Source of the DNA: an uncultured Candidatus Saccharibacteria bacterium
Lineage (GTDB): Bacteria > Patescibacteriota > CALEFQ01
DNA length: 64,000 nucleotides
Direction: 5' to 3'
NCBI GenBank assembly: GCA_965230955.1
Contig: OZ246404.1
Location: 33,184-97,183, forward strand
Shown here: positions 1-9,348 of the stretch, one piece after another
How positions within the stretch are numbered: the first letter of the stretch is position 1
How the letters are laid out: each line of letters opens with the position of its first letter
The notes under the pieces: model-generated
What the model saw: only the letters and a program-made list of their open reading frames with translations
Told to the model about the DNA's origin: nothing
Databases searched by the model: none
Program-made: the position numbers and the translations under genes

Positions 1-841
1 CAATTATCATACGCGCGGGGCGGATTCGGAGCGCGATGAAAAATTTGTCCGGCAATTGGTTGATAATTGTAGTAGCCTCCGGCCGGACGCACCTACTCTG
101 GTTGTGAAGAATGCCCATATCGATTGTCGGCATGGTAATTTTGAAGAACAAGCCAGGGATATTCGGTATAAATTTTTTGAATCACTGGCGGAGCGTTCTC
201 GAGCCAATAAAATTGCCGTGGCCCATACCGCTGATGACCAGATTGAGACCATGATTCAAAATATGCTCCGTGGTTCGGGTTTGCGCGGGGCGTCGGGTAT
301 GCCGGTGAAACGGGGCGCGATTGTCCGGCCGCTTTTGTCGGTGTCGCGCCCGGAAATTTTGCGCTGGTTGCGGAGGCAAAAACAATCCTATCGCACCGAT
401 CGTTCCAATCGCGATCTCAAATATAATCGTAACTGGATTCGTTGGCGCCTACTCCCCTATTTGCGCCGGCGGGACAAAAGTTTTGGCGCGCGTCTGCAGA
501 CAGCCGGAAAAACATTTGACCGGGCGGCGGGTTTTCTGGAAAAGCAATCGGAGCGGCAACTCCGTCGCTTAAAAATTTCCGAGAAAGACGGAGTAATCAG
601 ATATCAGCTGGCGCCGTTTTTGGCTCTGCCGGAGATTTTACAGGGGGAGATGATTCGCGAGTTGCTTGGGCGCAAGGATATTGGGCAACGACATGTTCAG
701 GAGGTACTGTCCGTGCTCCATGGAGCACGATCGGGTAAGCGGAAAGAGTTCAAGGGAAGGGTAATAATTAAGCGGCGCGGAGAATTCGTTTTTCGGGAAA
801 ACCGCAGTGATAACCAATCACCGATCAAAAATGGCAAATAA
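1..841 (+). CDS. tilS: tRNA(Ile)-lysidine synthetase, 5' end outside window
   Basis: Frame open from position 2 (NYHTRGADSERDE); motifs AHTADDQIET, LRGSGLRG, RPLL, DRSN...YNRNWIR; adjacent to ftsH. Confidence 0.93.
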   Translation, partial: NYHTRGADSERDEKFVRQLVDNCSSLRPDAPTLVVKNAHIDCRHGNFEEQARDIRYKFFESLAERSRANKIAVAHTADDQIETMIQNMLRGSGLRGASGMPVKRGAIVRPLLSVSRPEILRWLRRQKQSYRTDRSNRDLKYNRNWIRWRLLPYLRRRDKSFGARLQTAGKTFDRAAGFLEKQSERQLRRLKISEKDGVIRYQLAPFLALPEILQGEMIRELLGRKDIGQRHVQEVLSVLHGARSGKRKEFKGRVIIKRRGEFVFRENRSDNQSPIKNGK

Positions 842-957
842 ACTGCAAACTTACTTGCGCCAGCAAGCTCCAAGTTAAAAACCACTTAAGAAATTGGGAT
901 TTGGTAATTCACTTGATGTCGGATCTTGAAAATTTGATATTTTTCCCATCTGTCCAC

Positions 958-985
958 TTGACAACTCTCCTTTTTCAAGTAGAAT
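958..985 (+). promoter_or_regulatory. sigma70-type promoter for the hairpin RNA
   Basis: TTGACA(958-963)-16 nt-TAGAAT(980-985); predicted +1 near 992. Confidence 0.7.
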
Positions 986-991
986 TGTGAC

Positions 992-1072
992 ATTCCTCCT
1001 AAAGCCCTGCTCACGGGTCATTGCGGCCCCTCCTCCGCAATTGGCTGCAGTGGGCAGGGTCCTGGGAGGAAT
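992..1072 (+). ncRNA. candidate 81-nt hairpin sRNA with CCCCUCCU apical loop
   Basis: Four stacked helices (ATTCCTCCT/GGGAGGAAT, GCCCTGCTCAC/GTGGGCAGGGT, GGTCA/TGGCT, TTGCGG/CCGCAA); G-U pairs favour + strand. Confidence 0.6.
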
Positions 1073-1074
1073 TT

Positions 1075-1161
1075 AAAAAGTCAAAAGTCAAAAGTCAAAA
1101 AGCGAAAGTTAATGCTTAAAAAGTAACTTTTTACTTTTGACCTTTGACTTTTGACTTTTTT
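1075..1161. repeat. inverted heptamer array (AAAAGTC)n...(GACTTTT)n
   Basis: Tandem heptamers followed by their reverse complements. Confidence 0.9.
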
Positions 1162-1220
1162 CAGCTTTACTGCCACAATGCTAGGGACTATTTTAATTCT
1201 TAATTTTTGCTAATAGTCTT

Positions 1221-3182
1221 ATGTCCAACGGAGATTTACCCCCCAATCCCTCGCGCGGGAACGGCGCGCCGCAACGCAGTGGCGTGTTACGCAATGTCAT
1301 AATCGCCATTATCGTTTTTCTGGTAATTGCTGCGCTATTTACACTATTCAATGAGCCTCTGGCCGGGCAATCGGAAGAGGTTTCTTTCAGTACCGTAGTC
1401 AAAGAAATCAACGAAGACCGGGTGGAAAAGATTGATATCTCCCAAGATAAAGTTATCGTCAAAGTAAAAGATAACGACAAAACCCAGTTAGCGCTGAAGG
1501 AAACGGGCGTTTCGCTGACTGAGGCGCTCAAAGATGCCGGCGTGGCTCCGGAAAAACTCGAGACGGTCGATATTTCGATCAAAGATACTTCCGGCGGGGA
1601 ATTTTTCGTCAATGCCATTCTACCCTTCTTATTGCCGGTAATTCTTTTCATCGGCTTGATATGGTTTATGGTACGGTCGGTTCAGGGCGGAAACAACAAA
1701 GCCATGTCATTCGGCCAGTCGCGCGCTCGGCGCACCGATGGCCGCGACCGCCGCAAGCGGATTATGTTCAAAGATGTCGCCGGCGTGAAGGAAGCGAAAC
1801 AGGAATTGAAAGAAATAGTGGAATTTCTCAAAGAACCGGCCAAATTCGCCAAACTGGGAGCGAAAATCCCCCATGGCGTCTTGCTGATGGGGCCTCCGGG
1901 TACCGGCAAAACGTTACTGGCTCGAGCCGTGGCGGGTGAAGCCAACGTCCCCTTCTTCCATATTTCCGGATCGGAATTTGTCGAAATGTTTGTCGGTGTC
2001 GGGGCTTCTCGCGTTCGCGATTTATTCAAAAAAGCTAAGCGGGAATCGCCCTCGATTATTTTTATCGATGAAATTGACGCCGTCGGCCGCCAGCGCGGTG
2101 CCGGACTGGGCGGATCGCATGATGAACGCGAGCAGACACTGAATCAAATTCTGGTCGAGATGGACGGTTTTGATACCGACACCAATGTGATCGTGATGGC
2201 GGCGACTAACCGCCCCGATGTTCTTGATCCGGCGCTGTTGCGCCCGGGACGGTTTGATCGACGGGTCGTTTTAGACGAGCCGGATATCAATGATCGGGAA
2301 CAAATTCTGAAAATCCATGCCCGCCGGAAACCGCTTGCCCCGGAAGTTGAATTGCGCCAAATCGCCCAGCGTACGCCTGGATTTTCCGGCGCGGATCTGG
2401 AAAATGTCCTAAACGAAGCCGCGATTTTGGCGGCTCGGCGCAATGATAAGCAAGTCAATATGAATGATTGCCGCGAGGCGATTGAAAAAGTAATGCTTGG
2501 TCCGGAGCGCAAAAGTCACATTTTATCCAAACATGAAAAGAAGATAACTTCTTATCACGAAGCCGGGCACGCTTTGGTGTCCCATGTTTTACCGCACGCC
2601 GATCCGGTCCAAAAAGTTTCCGTGGTTTCTCGCGGTCGAGCGGCCGGCTATACCATGAATTTGCCTCTGGAAGACAAACATCTTCACTCCAAATTGGAAT
2701 TCGAAGATGATCTGGCTACCCTGCTGGCCGGCTACACCGCCGAACGTCTGGTTTTTACCGATTATACCAGCGGGGCTTCGAATGATTTGCAACGCGCGAC
2801 CAAGCTGGCGCGCAAGCTGGTAACGGAATTCGGTATGAGTGAAAATCTCGGCCCGGTGTCCTATGCCAACAAAGATGAGCTGATTTTCTTGGGACGCGAA
2901 TTCGGTGAAGCGCGCGAATACAGCGAAGAAATGGCCGCCAAGATTGACGCGGAAGTAAAAAAATTTATCGAGGTGGCGCAACAGCGCGCCAATAAGGTTT
3001 TGACGGAGCGGCGCGCGGATTTGGATAAAATCGCCAATGCTTTGATTGAAAAAGAAACGCTCGAGAAAGAAGACTTTGAAAAATTGGTCGGCGGATCGAA
3101 AATTCCGCGGGAGAAACAGCAATTGGCCAACGGCGAACAAAAAAAATCAAACTCGCCGGCCATCCCGACTTCTAAAAAGTAA
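1221..3182 (+). CDS. ftsH: ATP-dependent zinc metalloprotease FtsH
   Basis: Two TM helices, Walker [28 protein letters not shown]. Confidence 0.98.
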   Translation: MSNGDLPPNPSRGNGAPQRSGVLRNVIIAIIVFLVIAALFTLFNEPLAGQSEEVSFSTVVKEINEDRVEKIDISQDKVIVKVKDNDKTQLALKETGVSLTEALKDAGVAPEKLETVDISIKDTSGGEFFVNAILPFLLPVILFIGLIWFMVRSVQGGNNKAMSFGQSRARRTDGRDRRKRIMFKDVAGVKEAKQELKEIVEFLKEPAKFAKLGAKIPHGVLLMGPPGTGKTLLARAVAGEANVPFFHISGSEFVEMFVGVGASRVRDLFKKAKRESPSIIFIDEIDAVGRQRGAGLGGSHDEREQTLNQILVEMDGFDTDTNVIVMAATNRPDVLDPALLRPGRFDRRVVLDEPDINDREQILKIHARRKPLAPEVELRQIAQRTPGFSGADLENVLNEAAILAARRNDKQVNMNDCREAIEKVMLGPERKSHILSKHEKKITSYHEAGHALVSHVLPHADPVQKVSVVSRGRAAGYTMNLPLEDKHLHSKLEFEDDLATLLAGYTAERLVFTDYTSGASNDLQRATKLARKLVTEFGMSENLGPVSYANKDELIFLGREFGEAREYSEEMAAKIDAEVKKFIEVAQQRANKVLTERRADLDKIANALIEKETLEKEDFEKLVGGSKIPREKQQLANGEQKKSNSPAIPTSKK

Positions 3183-3185
3183 CTT

Positions 3186-3968
3186 ATGTTGCTTCAGGAT
3201 ATTACCCAACTCGGATTCAAAGAAAAAGAAGCCAAGGTCTACTTGGCTCTTTTTGAAATCGGCGAGGCGACCGCCCAGGCCATTGCCAGAAAAGCGTCCG
3301 TCAATCGACCGACCACTTATTTTTATCTTGACGAACTGAAAAAGAAAGGTTTGGCTAAAATAATTCGGCGCCAGAGCAAAACTTTGTTTTTTGCCGCTCC
3401 GCCGCAAGCGCTAAAAAAATATTTACAGCAACGGGCCCGCGCGGTCATCGATTTGCAGAAAAGGCTGAGAGAAGTGGCTCCCCAACTGGCGGATTTGTAC
3501 CAGCGCGCCGGCGTCAAACCGAAAATCAAGCTTTTTGAGGGACGCCAGGGTTTGCTCAGTATTTATGAGGATTTGGCCAAAGTCGATCCGGACAAAGACG
3601 GAGAAATATTCACTTTTACTTCGCGGCAATACGTGATCGATCAATTTCCGGAAACGGTTACGACGATGGAGGAACAGCGGGCCAAAAGGGGCGTTTGGGT
3701 GCGTTCCATTTACTCCCAATTGCCCGGCGAAAAATTGTTGTCCAGCGGCGAAGATAAAAAATACTTGCGAACATATGTTACGGTGCCGTCGGATAAGTTC
3801 CCCTTCTCGGGCAGTGTCCATATTTATCAAAACAAAGTGGCTTTTATCGCTTTGCGCCGCAAACTGGTCGGCGTCGTCATTGAAAACAGCAACGTCGCCA
3901 ATACTTATCGAACTATTTTCCGGCTGGCCTGGCAAGGCGCGCTGGCGTTACAAAAAAAACATGATTGA
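3186..3968 (+). CDS. TrmB-family transcriptional regulator
   Basis: LGFKEKEAKVYLAL...VNRPTTY wHTH, FEGRQG linker, C-terminal IYQNKV. Confidence 0.85.
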   Translation: MLLQDITQLGFKEKEAKVYLALFEIGEATAQAIARKASVNRPTTYFYLDELKKKGLAKIIRRQSKTLFFAAPPQALKKYLQQRARAVIDLQKRLREVAPQLADLYQRAGVKPKIKLFEGRQGLLSIYEDLAKVDPDKDGEIFTFTSRQYVIDQFPETVTTMEEQRAKRGVWVRSIYSQLPGEKLLSSGEDKKYLRTYVTVPSDKFPFSGSVHIYQNKVAFIALRRKLVGVVIENSNVANTYRTIFRLAWQGALALQKKHD

Positions 3969-4695
3969 ACTTTTGCGACAATTGGGATTTTCCGACAAAG
4001 AAGCCAAAGTGTATTTGGCCGGTTTGGAATTAGGCGCCAGTTCGGTGCAAAAAATAGCTCTGCGCGCCGGCGTCAATCGCGCCACGACGCACGTGATTTT
4101 ACAGTCTTTTATCAAGCGTGGTTTGGTGACGGTCTTTGAATCCCGAGGGCGTAATTTTTTCGCCGTAGAGGATCCGAGTTTGCTGCAGAAATTGATTCAT
4201 TTGAAAACCGAAGAAGAACACGATCGCCTGGGACGGCTGTCTCGCATCTGGCCGGAATTTTCCGTTTTGTATGCTCTGGCCGAAGATAAGCCCCGCGTGC
4301 GATTTTTCGAGGGTCGGGAGGAAGTGCTGAAGGCCGCTGATTTCATTTTTCAGGCCCAGGAAAAAGTTTTGCGCAACATTTATAATGTGGATGATTTATA
4401 CCGGGTTTTTCCGAAATATCGCCGTCGCCAAACCAGCCATGAAGTCCGGACGATTTATAATCGTGCGGCCGGCCCGCGTACGGCTGAAGAAGACCGTAGG
4501 ATCAATCGTATTTCCAGCTATGTTCCGGAAGATGGATATCCGATTGCCAGCGATATCGATATTTATGATGATAAAATCCATATAACTTCTTTGCGTCAGG
4601 ATTTGATGGCTTTCTTCGTGCAAAACAAAGAGATCGCTGAGACGCAAAAATCTATTTTCGATCTGGCGAAGCTCGGAGCCGAAAATATAAAATAA
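3961..4695 (+). CDS. TrmB-family transcriptional regulator (paralog)
   Basis: Start ATG 3961 (MIELLRQLGFSDKEAKVYL); same architecture as upstream gene. Confidence 0.85.
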   Translation: MIELLRQLGFSDKEAKVYLAGLELGASSVQKIALRAGVNRATTHVILQSFIKRGLVTVFESRGRNFFAVEDPSLLQKLIHLKTEEEHDRLGRLSRIWPEFSVLYALAEDKPRVRFFEGREEVLKAADFIFQAQEKVLRNIYNVDDLYRVFPKYRRRQTSHEVRTIYNRAAGPRTAEEDRRINRISSYVPEDGYPIASDIDIYDDKIHITSLRQDLMAFFVQNKEIAETQKSIFDLAKLGAENIK

Positions 4696-4728
4696 AAACA
4701 GCCGGCCGATCAGCGGGCTGTTTTTTTA
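4696..4728. terminator. bidirectional intrinsic terminator
   Basis: AAAACAGCC...GGCTGTTTTTTT between convergent genes. Confidence 0.7.
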
Positions 4729-4742
4729 TCGGTGAAAAATTT

Positions 4743-5009
4743 TTAAAACGGATCACGTGTGATAACGGGCGGCGTGAGAAAATTTTCCGCTCGCTTATCT
4801 TCGGTGGCGATGACTTTTTTCCAGAGGCTTTCTTTGACGGCGATATCTCCGGCGGTGATCACTTCTTCTTTTTTTTCTATTTTCTGTGTCGTGTCGTAAT
4901 AAAACCAGAAACACCAGGCGGCGGCCGCGCAGAAGCCCAAAAACACCGACCATTCGATAAGCTTGGGCGTGTTTTTACTCCAATCGGGATTAGACAGAGT
5001 CAGTTTCAT
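4743..5009 (-). CDS. small membrane protein ending the pilus operon
   Basis: One TM helix, C-terminal RDPF, follows pilO-like gene. Confidence 0.65.
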   Translation of the reverse strand: MKLTLSNPDWSKNTPKLIEWSVFLGFCAAAAWCFWFYYDTTQKIEKKEEVITAGDIAVKESLWKKVIATEDKRAENFLTPPVITRDPF

Positions 5010-5010
5010 T

Positions 5011-5634
5011 TCAGTTATATAAAGGGATAGTTAATGACATTGTCGCGGTTGGGAGATTGGTATTGACCGCTGTTTTAACGTCGGCCGGTGCAGTATTTGA
5101 CGCGCCTATGCCATGAAAAGCCAGGTCGGTGACATTAATTACCGAGGGAAGATTCTCCACTTTTTTCAACATAGTCAGCAAATTAGGCCAGGCGCCGGAC
5201 AGTACCAGCTGTAATTTAATTTCTTTGGTCGGGGTTTCTATCTTTTGAGCCGAGTTTTTTTGGTCGGGGGTGGCGGTCGATGCCGGGGTGGTTTTTTTGT
5301 CATCTTGTCCCTGGACGGAGAGCTGAGCGCTGACCCCGGTATCACTGGCGATACGCTCCAAGTTTTCGATCAAGGTAATGACCGTGCCGTCGGTTACCGC
5401 GGCTTTTTTCAGGCGATCGGCACTTTCTTGGTACTGGTCAAAAGTTTTTTGTTGCTGGCCGACTGTTGATTTTTTTTGCAGGGTATCAATTTCCGATCGC
5501 TCGCGCTGTATCGTCGCGATTTGACCGGTGATCTGCTGAATGCGCGGGAGAATCCACAAAAACAGCGCGGCGGCGATAATCGCCCCGGTGACTACGGCAC
5601 TGATCCAGAGATTTTTTGCTTTATTTAGAGGCAT
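5011..5634 (-). CDS. pilO: PilO-like pilus assembly protein
   Basis: TM plus coiled coil plus GAWPNLLTMLKKVENLP; pilMNO order. Confidence 0.75.
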   Translation of the reverse strand: MPLNKAKNLWISAVVTGAIIAAALFLWILPRIQQITGQIATIQRERSEIDTLQKKSTVGQQQKTFDQYQESADRLKKAAVTDGTVITLIENLERIASDTGVSAQLSVQGQDDKKTTPASTATPDQKNSAQKIETPTKEIKLQLVLSGAWPNLLTMLKKVENLPSVINVTDLAFHGIGASNTAPADVKTAVNTNLPTATMSLTIPLYN

Positions 5635-6190
5635 TGCGGTATGGGAAAAGAGAATTATTCTTTAGCTTGATGGTGATAACGAAAGGGATGTTTTCTTTAA
5701 CGACGATGTTGGAAAGCGGTGAATCAACCGATTCGATCAGGGGTTCAGCCTTGAGTGACTCAATGGTCTGAATTAAAACATCGCGGGTCGCGGCCACGCC
5801 CTTGATCTCGATTTTTGCTTCCTTCATTGATCCGGTGGCTTCAGTCCAGGTCACTCCGGCGGGGGAAAGCGACACTAATTTTTCCAAAACCGGAGTCCAG
5901 GCCGGTTGGTTGTTGAAAGCCCCGTCAAAAAATGTCAGTAATTTATTTAACTCTTCCATCTTGGCATTGACCTGGCCGGTGGCGCTGTCGCGTTGCTGGC
6001 TTTTCAGCGTGGCCAATTGCTGATCCAGAATATCTTTATTGAGGGTGACGATTTGTTGCATGCCCCAAACAAATCCGCTGACAATCAGAACGGCTAAAAT
6101 TGCCAGGCTGGCGCCAATAGTCGCCAGTCGGATGCTTTTCTCCGTTTGGAGATATTTTTTTTCGCTGGCGGGAAGAAGATTGGTTTCCAT
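5621..6190 (-). CDS. pilN: PilN-like pilus assembly protein
   Basis: N-terminal NLLP motif, TM, IKGVA. Confidence 0.85.
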   Translation of the reverse strand: METNLLPASEKKYLQTEKSIRLATIGASLAILAVLIVSGFVWGMQQIVTLNKDILDQQLATLKSQQRDSATGQVNAKMEELNKLLTFFDGAFNNQPAWTPVLEKLVSLSPAGVTWTEATGSMKEAKIEIKGVAATRDVLIQTIESLKAEPLIESVDSPLSNIVVKENIPFVITIKLKNNSLFPYRNASK

Positions 6191-6192
6191 GG

Positions 6193-7308
6193 CTAGATAT
6201 TGAAATTTAAACCGCGCAGAGCCAGACCGATCACCGCGGTGAAACTGAGCGAATCAGAGCTGGAAATGGGCGGTAATTCCCGACTCCCCTGGGGGTAGAT
6301 ATTGGCCCAAGGATTGGCGAGACGGGTCGGCAGATCGATATTTCTGGTAAACCAGTCGACCAGTCCCTGTAAACGAGCGGTGCCGCCGCTGAGCAGGATC
6401 AGATCGACTTGTTTATCGGGTAGAGCCGAGTGTTCTTGGTAATAACTGATCGTATTTTGTATTTCGACGACGATATCATGCAGGGCGTCTTCAATCGCTG
6501 CCTTTATTTCCGGGGTTTGCTTGTCGGATGTGAGTCCGTAAGTGATTTTTGCTTTTTCCGCTCCGCTGAAATCCAGTCCGGTTTTGTCCATGATTTTCTG
6601 GGAAATAGTCAGTCCGGCCAGAGAAATGCTGGAAGTAAAATTTATCACGTTGTTGTTGACGATGGTCAGTCCGGTCCGATTGGTGCCGATATCGACCAGC
6701 AGGACCGTTTGTTTATGCAACTCGGGAGAAATACAGCTCCGGGCAATCGCAATCGATTCACTTTCCAGTGCGACCGGTTGGAGTTTCGTCATTTTTAGTA
6801 CTTGAACTATCGGATTGATGACATCTTTCGGCGCGGCGGTCATAAATACTTTCCAGCCGTGCTCGCGAGCGGCCGTTTTTTTCCCGAAAAAAGATAATTT
6901 TCCCGGGGCGTCGGGAGGATTGAGAGTTTGCCAGTCCATTTCAACCTGATCGATCGATAGTGGAATATGTTGTTCGGCTTCCCATTTGACCGCGGCCGGC
7001 AATTCCGTCTCTTTCATCGGGGGCAAGTCAAATAAACGTATAAAAGATTTTGATTCCGGCAAGGAGGCGACTACATGAGCATTGTTAAAACCATGCGGTT
7101 TGGCGTTATCGATTACGTGACGAATAATACCGCTGAGCTTGGCTGGTTCTTTGATTTCATCTTTAGTCACCAGTCCTCGGGGAAAAATTTCAGCGTTAAA
7201 GGCCAGAGGACGGATAATCTTGCCCTGCTGTTGGAGTAGCATGATTTTTACCGAAGAATCACTGATGTCCAGTCCGAAACAATGAATTTTCTGTGAGCCG
7301 AATGACAT
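6193..7308 (-). CDS. pilM: type IV pilus assembly protein PilM
   Basis: GLDISDSSVK, VDIG, LSGGTARL, IGLALR. Confidence 0.93.
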   Translation of the reverse strand: MSFGSQKIHCFGLDISDSSVKIMLLQQQGKIIRPLAFNAEIFPRGLVTKDEIKEPAKLSGIIRHVIDNAKPHGFNNAHVVASLPESKSFIRLFDLPPMKETELPAAVKWEAEQHIPLSIDQVEMDWQTLNPPDAPGKLSFFGKKTAAREHGWKVFMTAAPKDVINPIVQVLKMTKLQPVALESESIAIARSCISPELHKQTVLLVDIGTNRTGLTIVNNNVINFTSSISLAGLTISQKIMDKTGLDFSGAEKAKITYGLTSDKQTPEIKAAIEDALHDIVVEIQNTISYYQEHSALPDKQVDLILLSGGTARLQGLVDWFTRNIDLPTRLANPWANIYPQGSRELPPISSSDSLSFTAVIGLALRGLNFNI

Positions 7309-7315
7309 AAATAGA

Positions 7316-7406
7316 TAAAGATATAAGATGTAAGAATTAAGATATAAGAGGTAAGAAAAATAAAATCACCAATCTTACATTTTAAATCTTATATCTTAAG
7401 TCTTAG
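7316..7406. repeat. inverted heptamer array (TAAGATA)n...(TATCTTA)n
   Basis: Fills most of the spacer between pilX-like gene and pilM. Confidence 0.85.
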
Positions 7407-8747
7407 TTATAGTTCTCGCCAATCGATCATTTGATAAGTGCCCAGTGTCGGCCAGTGCGGAGGCGGTCCGTAGGTCAGCGAGGCGTCAAAATGGTAGTAG
7501 GTATTTGCATATCCGGAAACTACCCAGTCGTTCCATACTTTTTTGAAATACCCGACTTCGTTGTAGATTAGTCCGCCGTAAATATGAAGGCTGTTTTTGA
7601 TAATGTTGTTGTTGGTATCGCGGTAAATTTTTCCGTTTTGGGCGAACATGGTCGCGTAAATCACTGTATCAGTTGGCAGCCATCGTCCGACTTCAATATC
7701 ATTTTGAGCGATGATGCCCAGGGCGTCTTGGCCCATTCCGCGGGCGTAAGTGATATTGTTGTTGATGACTATGTTGGCGTTGCCGGTTTCCACCGGAAAA
7801 TCAGCGGCGGCTATCGTCAGTCTACCATTTAGAACGCCGTCGATCCAGACATTGTCTTCCACAAAAAGCACGCCGTTGGCCGGGATAGGGATGGTAGACG
7901 GATTATAATCTTCTTCCTGGTTGATTCCGTTTTGGGAAGCCGTGCGGACTCGCCTGATCCGGATAGTGCCGTTGCTTTGCAGAGTCAGGTGATAACCCTG
8001 TCGTCCCGATGGCGGAAGATAATATCCCCCTTGAGCCGGCTGGCTCAAGGTTTTTAGTTCGTTAAAATTAGAGAGATAATTGGCAAAAACGATCTCCCCC
8101 ACTCCCATGCGCCACAAATCGGTTGGTCCGCCTGTTCCCCAGACGCCGTCTTTTTCCGCCGGTGGCTGGCAGCCATGGATGGGTTGGCACCAATAACGAT
8201 CACGGGCGCTTTGCACTAGGCCTTCACTTAGGCCGTCAAAACGAATTCCGCCATTGGAGTGGATGTTGCCGTAGGTATGTGAATTAGAGGCAAAGGCCAT
8301 GTTGCTGTTGCACAAGAAAAGAAAATTTGCCAATGAAGGAATTCCCAATTGAGCTTCAATTGTTCGGCGGTAGCCGGGGGCGGAGTCCAGGTAGCCCTCG
8401 GAACGAATCGTCGCGATGGTCGAACCGGTTACCGGCTCGTCAATATAAATATCATAGTGTCCGATGACGTCACCGGCCGGGTCACGGTATTCGTGGTTGT
8501 ATGGGCCATGGGTTGGGGCGGAGGGACAAGGAGTATTGCCGTCGCAATAATCATTGGGATTATGAGTAAAGAGCCATTGATAATGATTGATACCGCTTTC
8601 CGCAATCTCAAAGGCCCGTTCCCGGTCTTGTTCCGCCACCGATGATTTGTTTAGCACCGTCACATATTGTAGTAAGCCGACAACAATGATCAAAAATATT
8701 CCGGTGAAAACAATAGCCAGAATAAGGATTGAACCTTTTTGTTTCAT
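7407..8747 (-). CDS. PilX-like minor pilin
   Basis: KQKG/SILILA prepilin-like start lacking E5, AFEIAESGI. Confidence 0.8.
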   Translation of the reverse strand: MKQKGSILILAIVFTGIFLIIVVGLLQYVTVLNKSSVAEQDRERAFEIAESGINHYQWLFTHNPNDYCDGNTPCPSAPTHGPYNHEYRDPAGDVIGHYDIYIDEPVTGSTIATIRSEGYLDSAPGYRRTIEAQLGIPSLANFLFLCNSNMAFASNSHTYGNIHSNGGIRFDGLSEGLVQSARDRYWCQPIHGCQPPAEKDGVWGTGGPTDLWRMGVGEIVFANYLSNFNELKTLSQPAQGGYYLPPSGRQGYHLTLQSNGTIRIRRVRTASQNGINQEEDYNPSTIPIPANGVLFVEDNVWIDGVLNGRLTIAAADFPVETGNANIVINNNITYARGMGQDALGIIAQNDIEVGRWLPTDTVIYATMFAQNGKIYRDTNNNIIKNSLHIYGGLIYNEVGYFKKVWNDWVVSGYANTYYHFDASLTYGPPPHWPTLGTYQMIDWREL

Positions 8748-8751
8748 ATGA

Positions 8752-9348
8752 TTAAAGATTTCTCAAATGCACAATTGTATCGATAACATATCGGCCGGCG
8801 TCTGTTCCGGGGGTGGAATCAACCGCCAGATGGATTCCGATTAATCTGATATTTGGTTCCAGAATCGGATTCATCGGGGCTTGGGTGCCGGTGTAACCGG
8901 CATCGTAGTACAAAAATATCGGTTCTGCGCCGTTGGCGACGTGCGTCGTGATCACCTGAACTGTTTCCGCAGCAGCGGGATAGATTTCACTGCCGGACTG
9001 GGGTTCAATGATTCCTTTATTGAACGTGGTGCCGATCAAGAAATAGCGAAGACGTTCAGTCCGACCGTCAAAATCATAGTCGGTGTAAATTGTCAGTGCT
9101 TGATTTTGGGCGTCGGCGATGGCGAAGGCGCCGTTTTCTCCCTGGACGACTCCGCGTAATTCTCGTTTCATTTTGTCTACGGCGCGCTGAGCTTCGCCAT
9201 AACTTTCTCCTTCGGTCAGGGTATAACCTTGAAACCGGTAATTATCAAGGATAAAAGTGGTCAGAGCGCCGGAAACAATCGCGATGATACTTATGACCAC
9301 CAGCAATTCAATTAAAGTCATTCCGCGTTGTGAACCGGTTTTAAACAT
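8752..9348 (-). CDS. prepilin-type minor pilin
   Basis: QRG/MTLIELLV cleavage/methylation motif. Confidence 0.88.
   Translation of the reverse strand: MFKTGSQRGMTLIELLVVISIIAIVSGALTTFILDNYRFQGYTLTEGESYGEAQRAVDKMKRELRGVVQGENGAFAIADAQNQALTIYTDYDFDGRTERLRYFLIGTTFNKGIIEPQSGSEIYPAAAETVQVITTHVANGAEPIFLYYDAGYTGTQAPMNPILEPNIRLIGIHLAVDSTPGTDAGRYVIDTIVHLRNL

Noticed and set aside
992-1072. SRP (4.5S) RNA
   Set aside because: No GNRA apical loop or CAGG/AGCA internal loop
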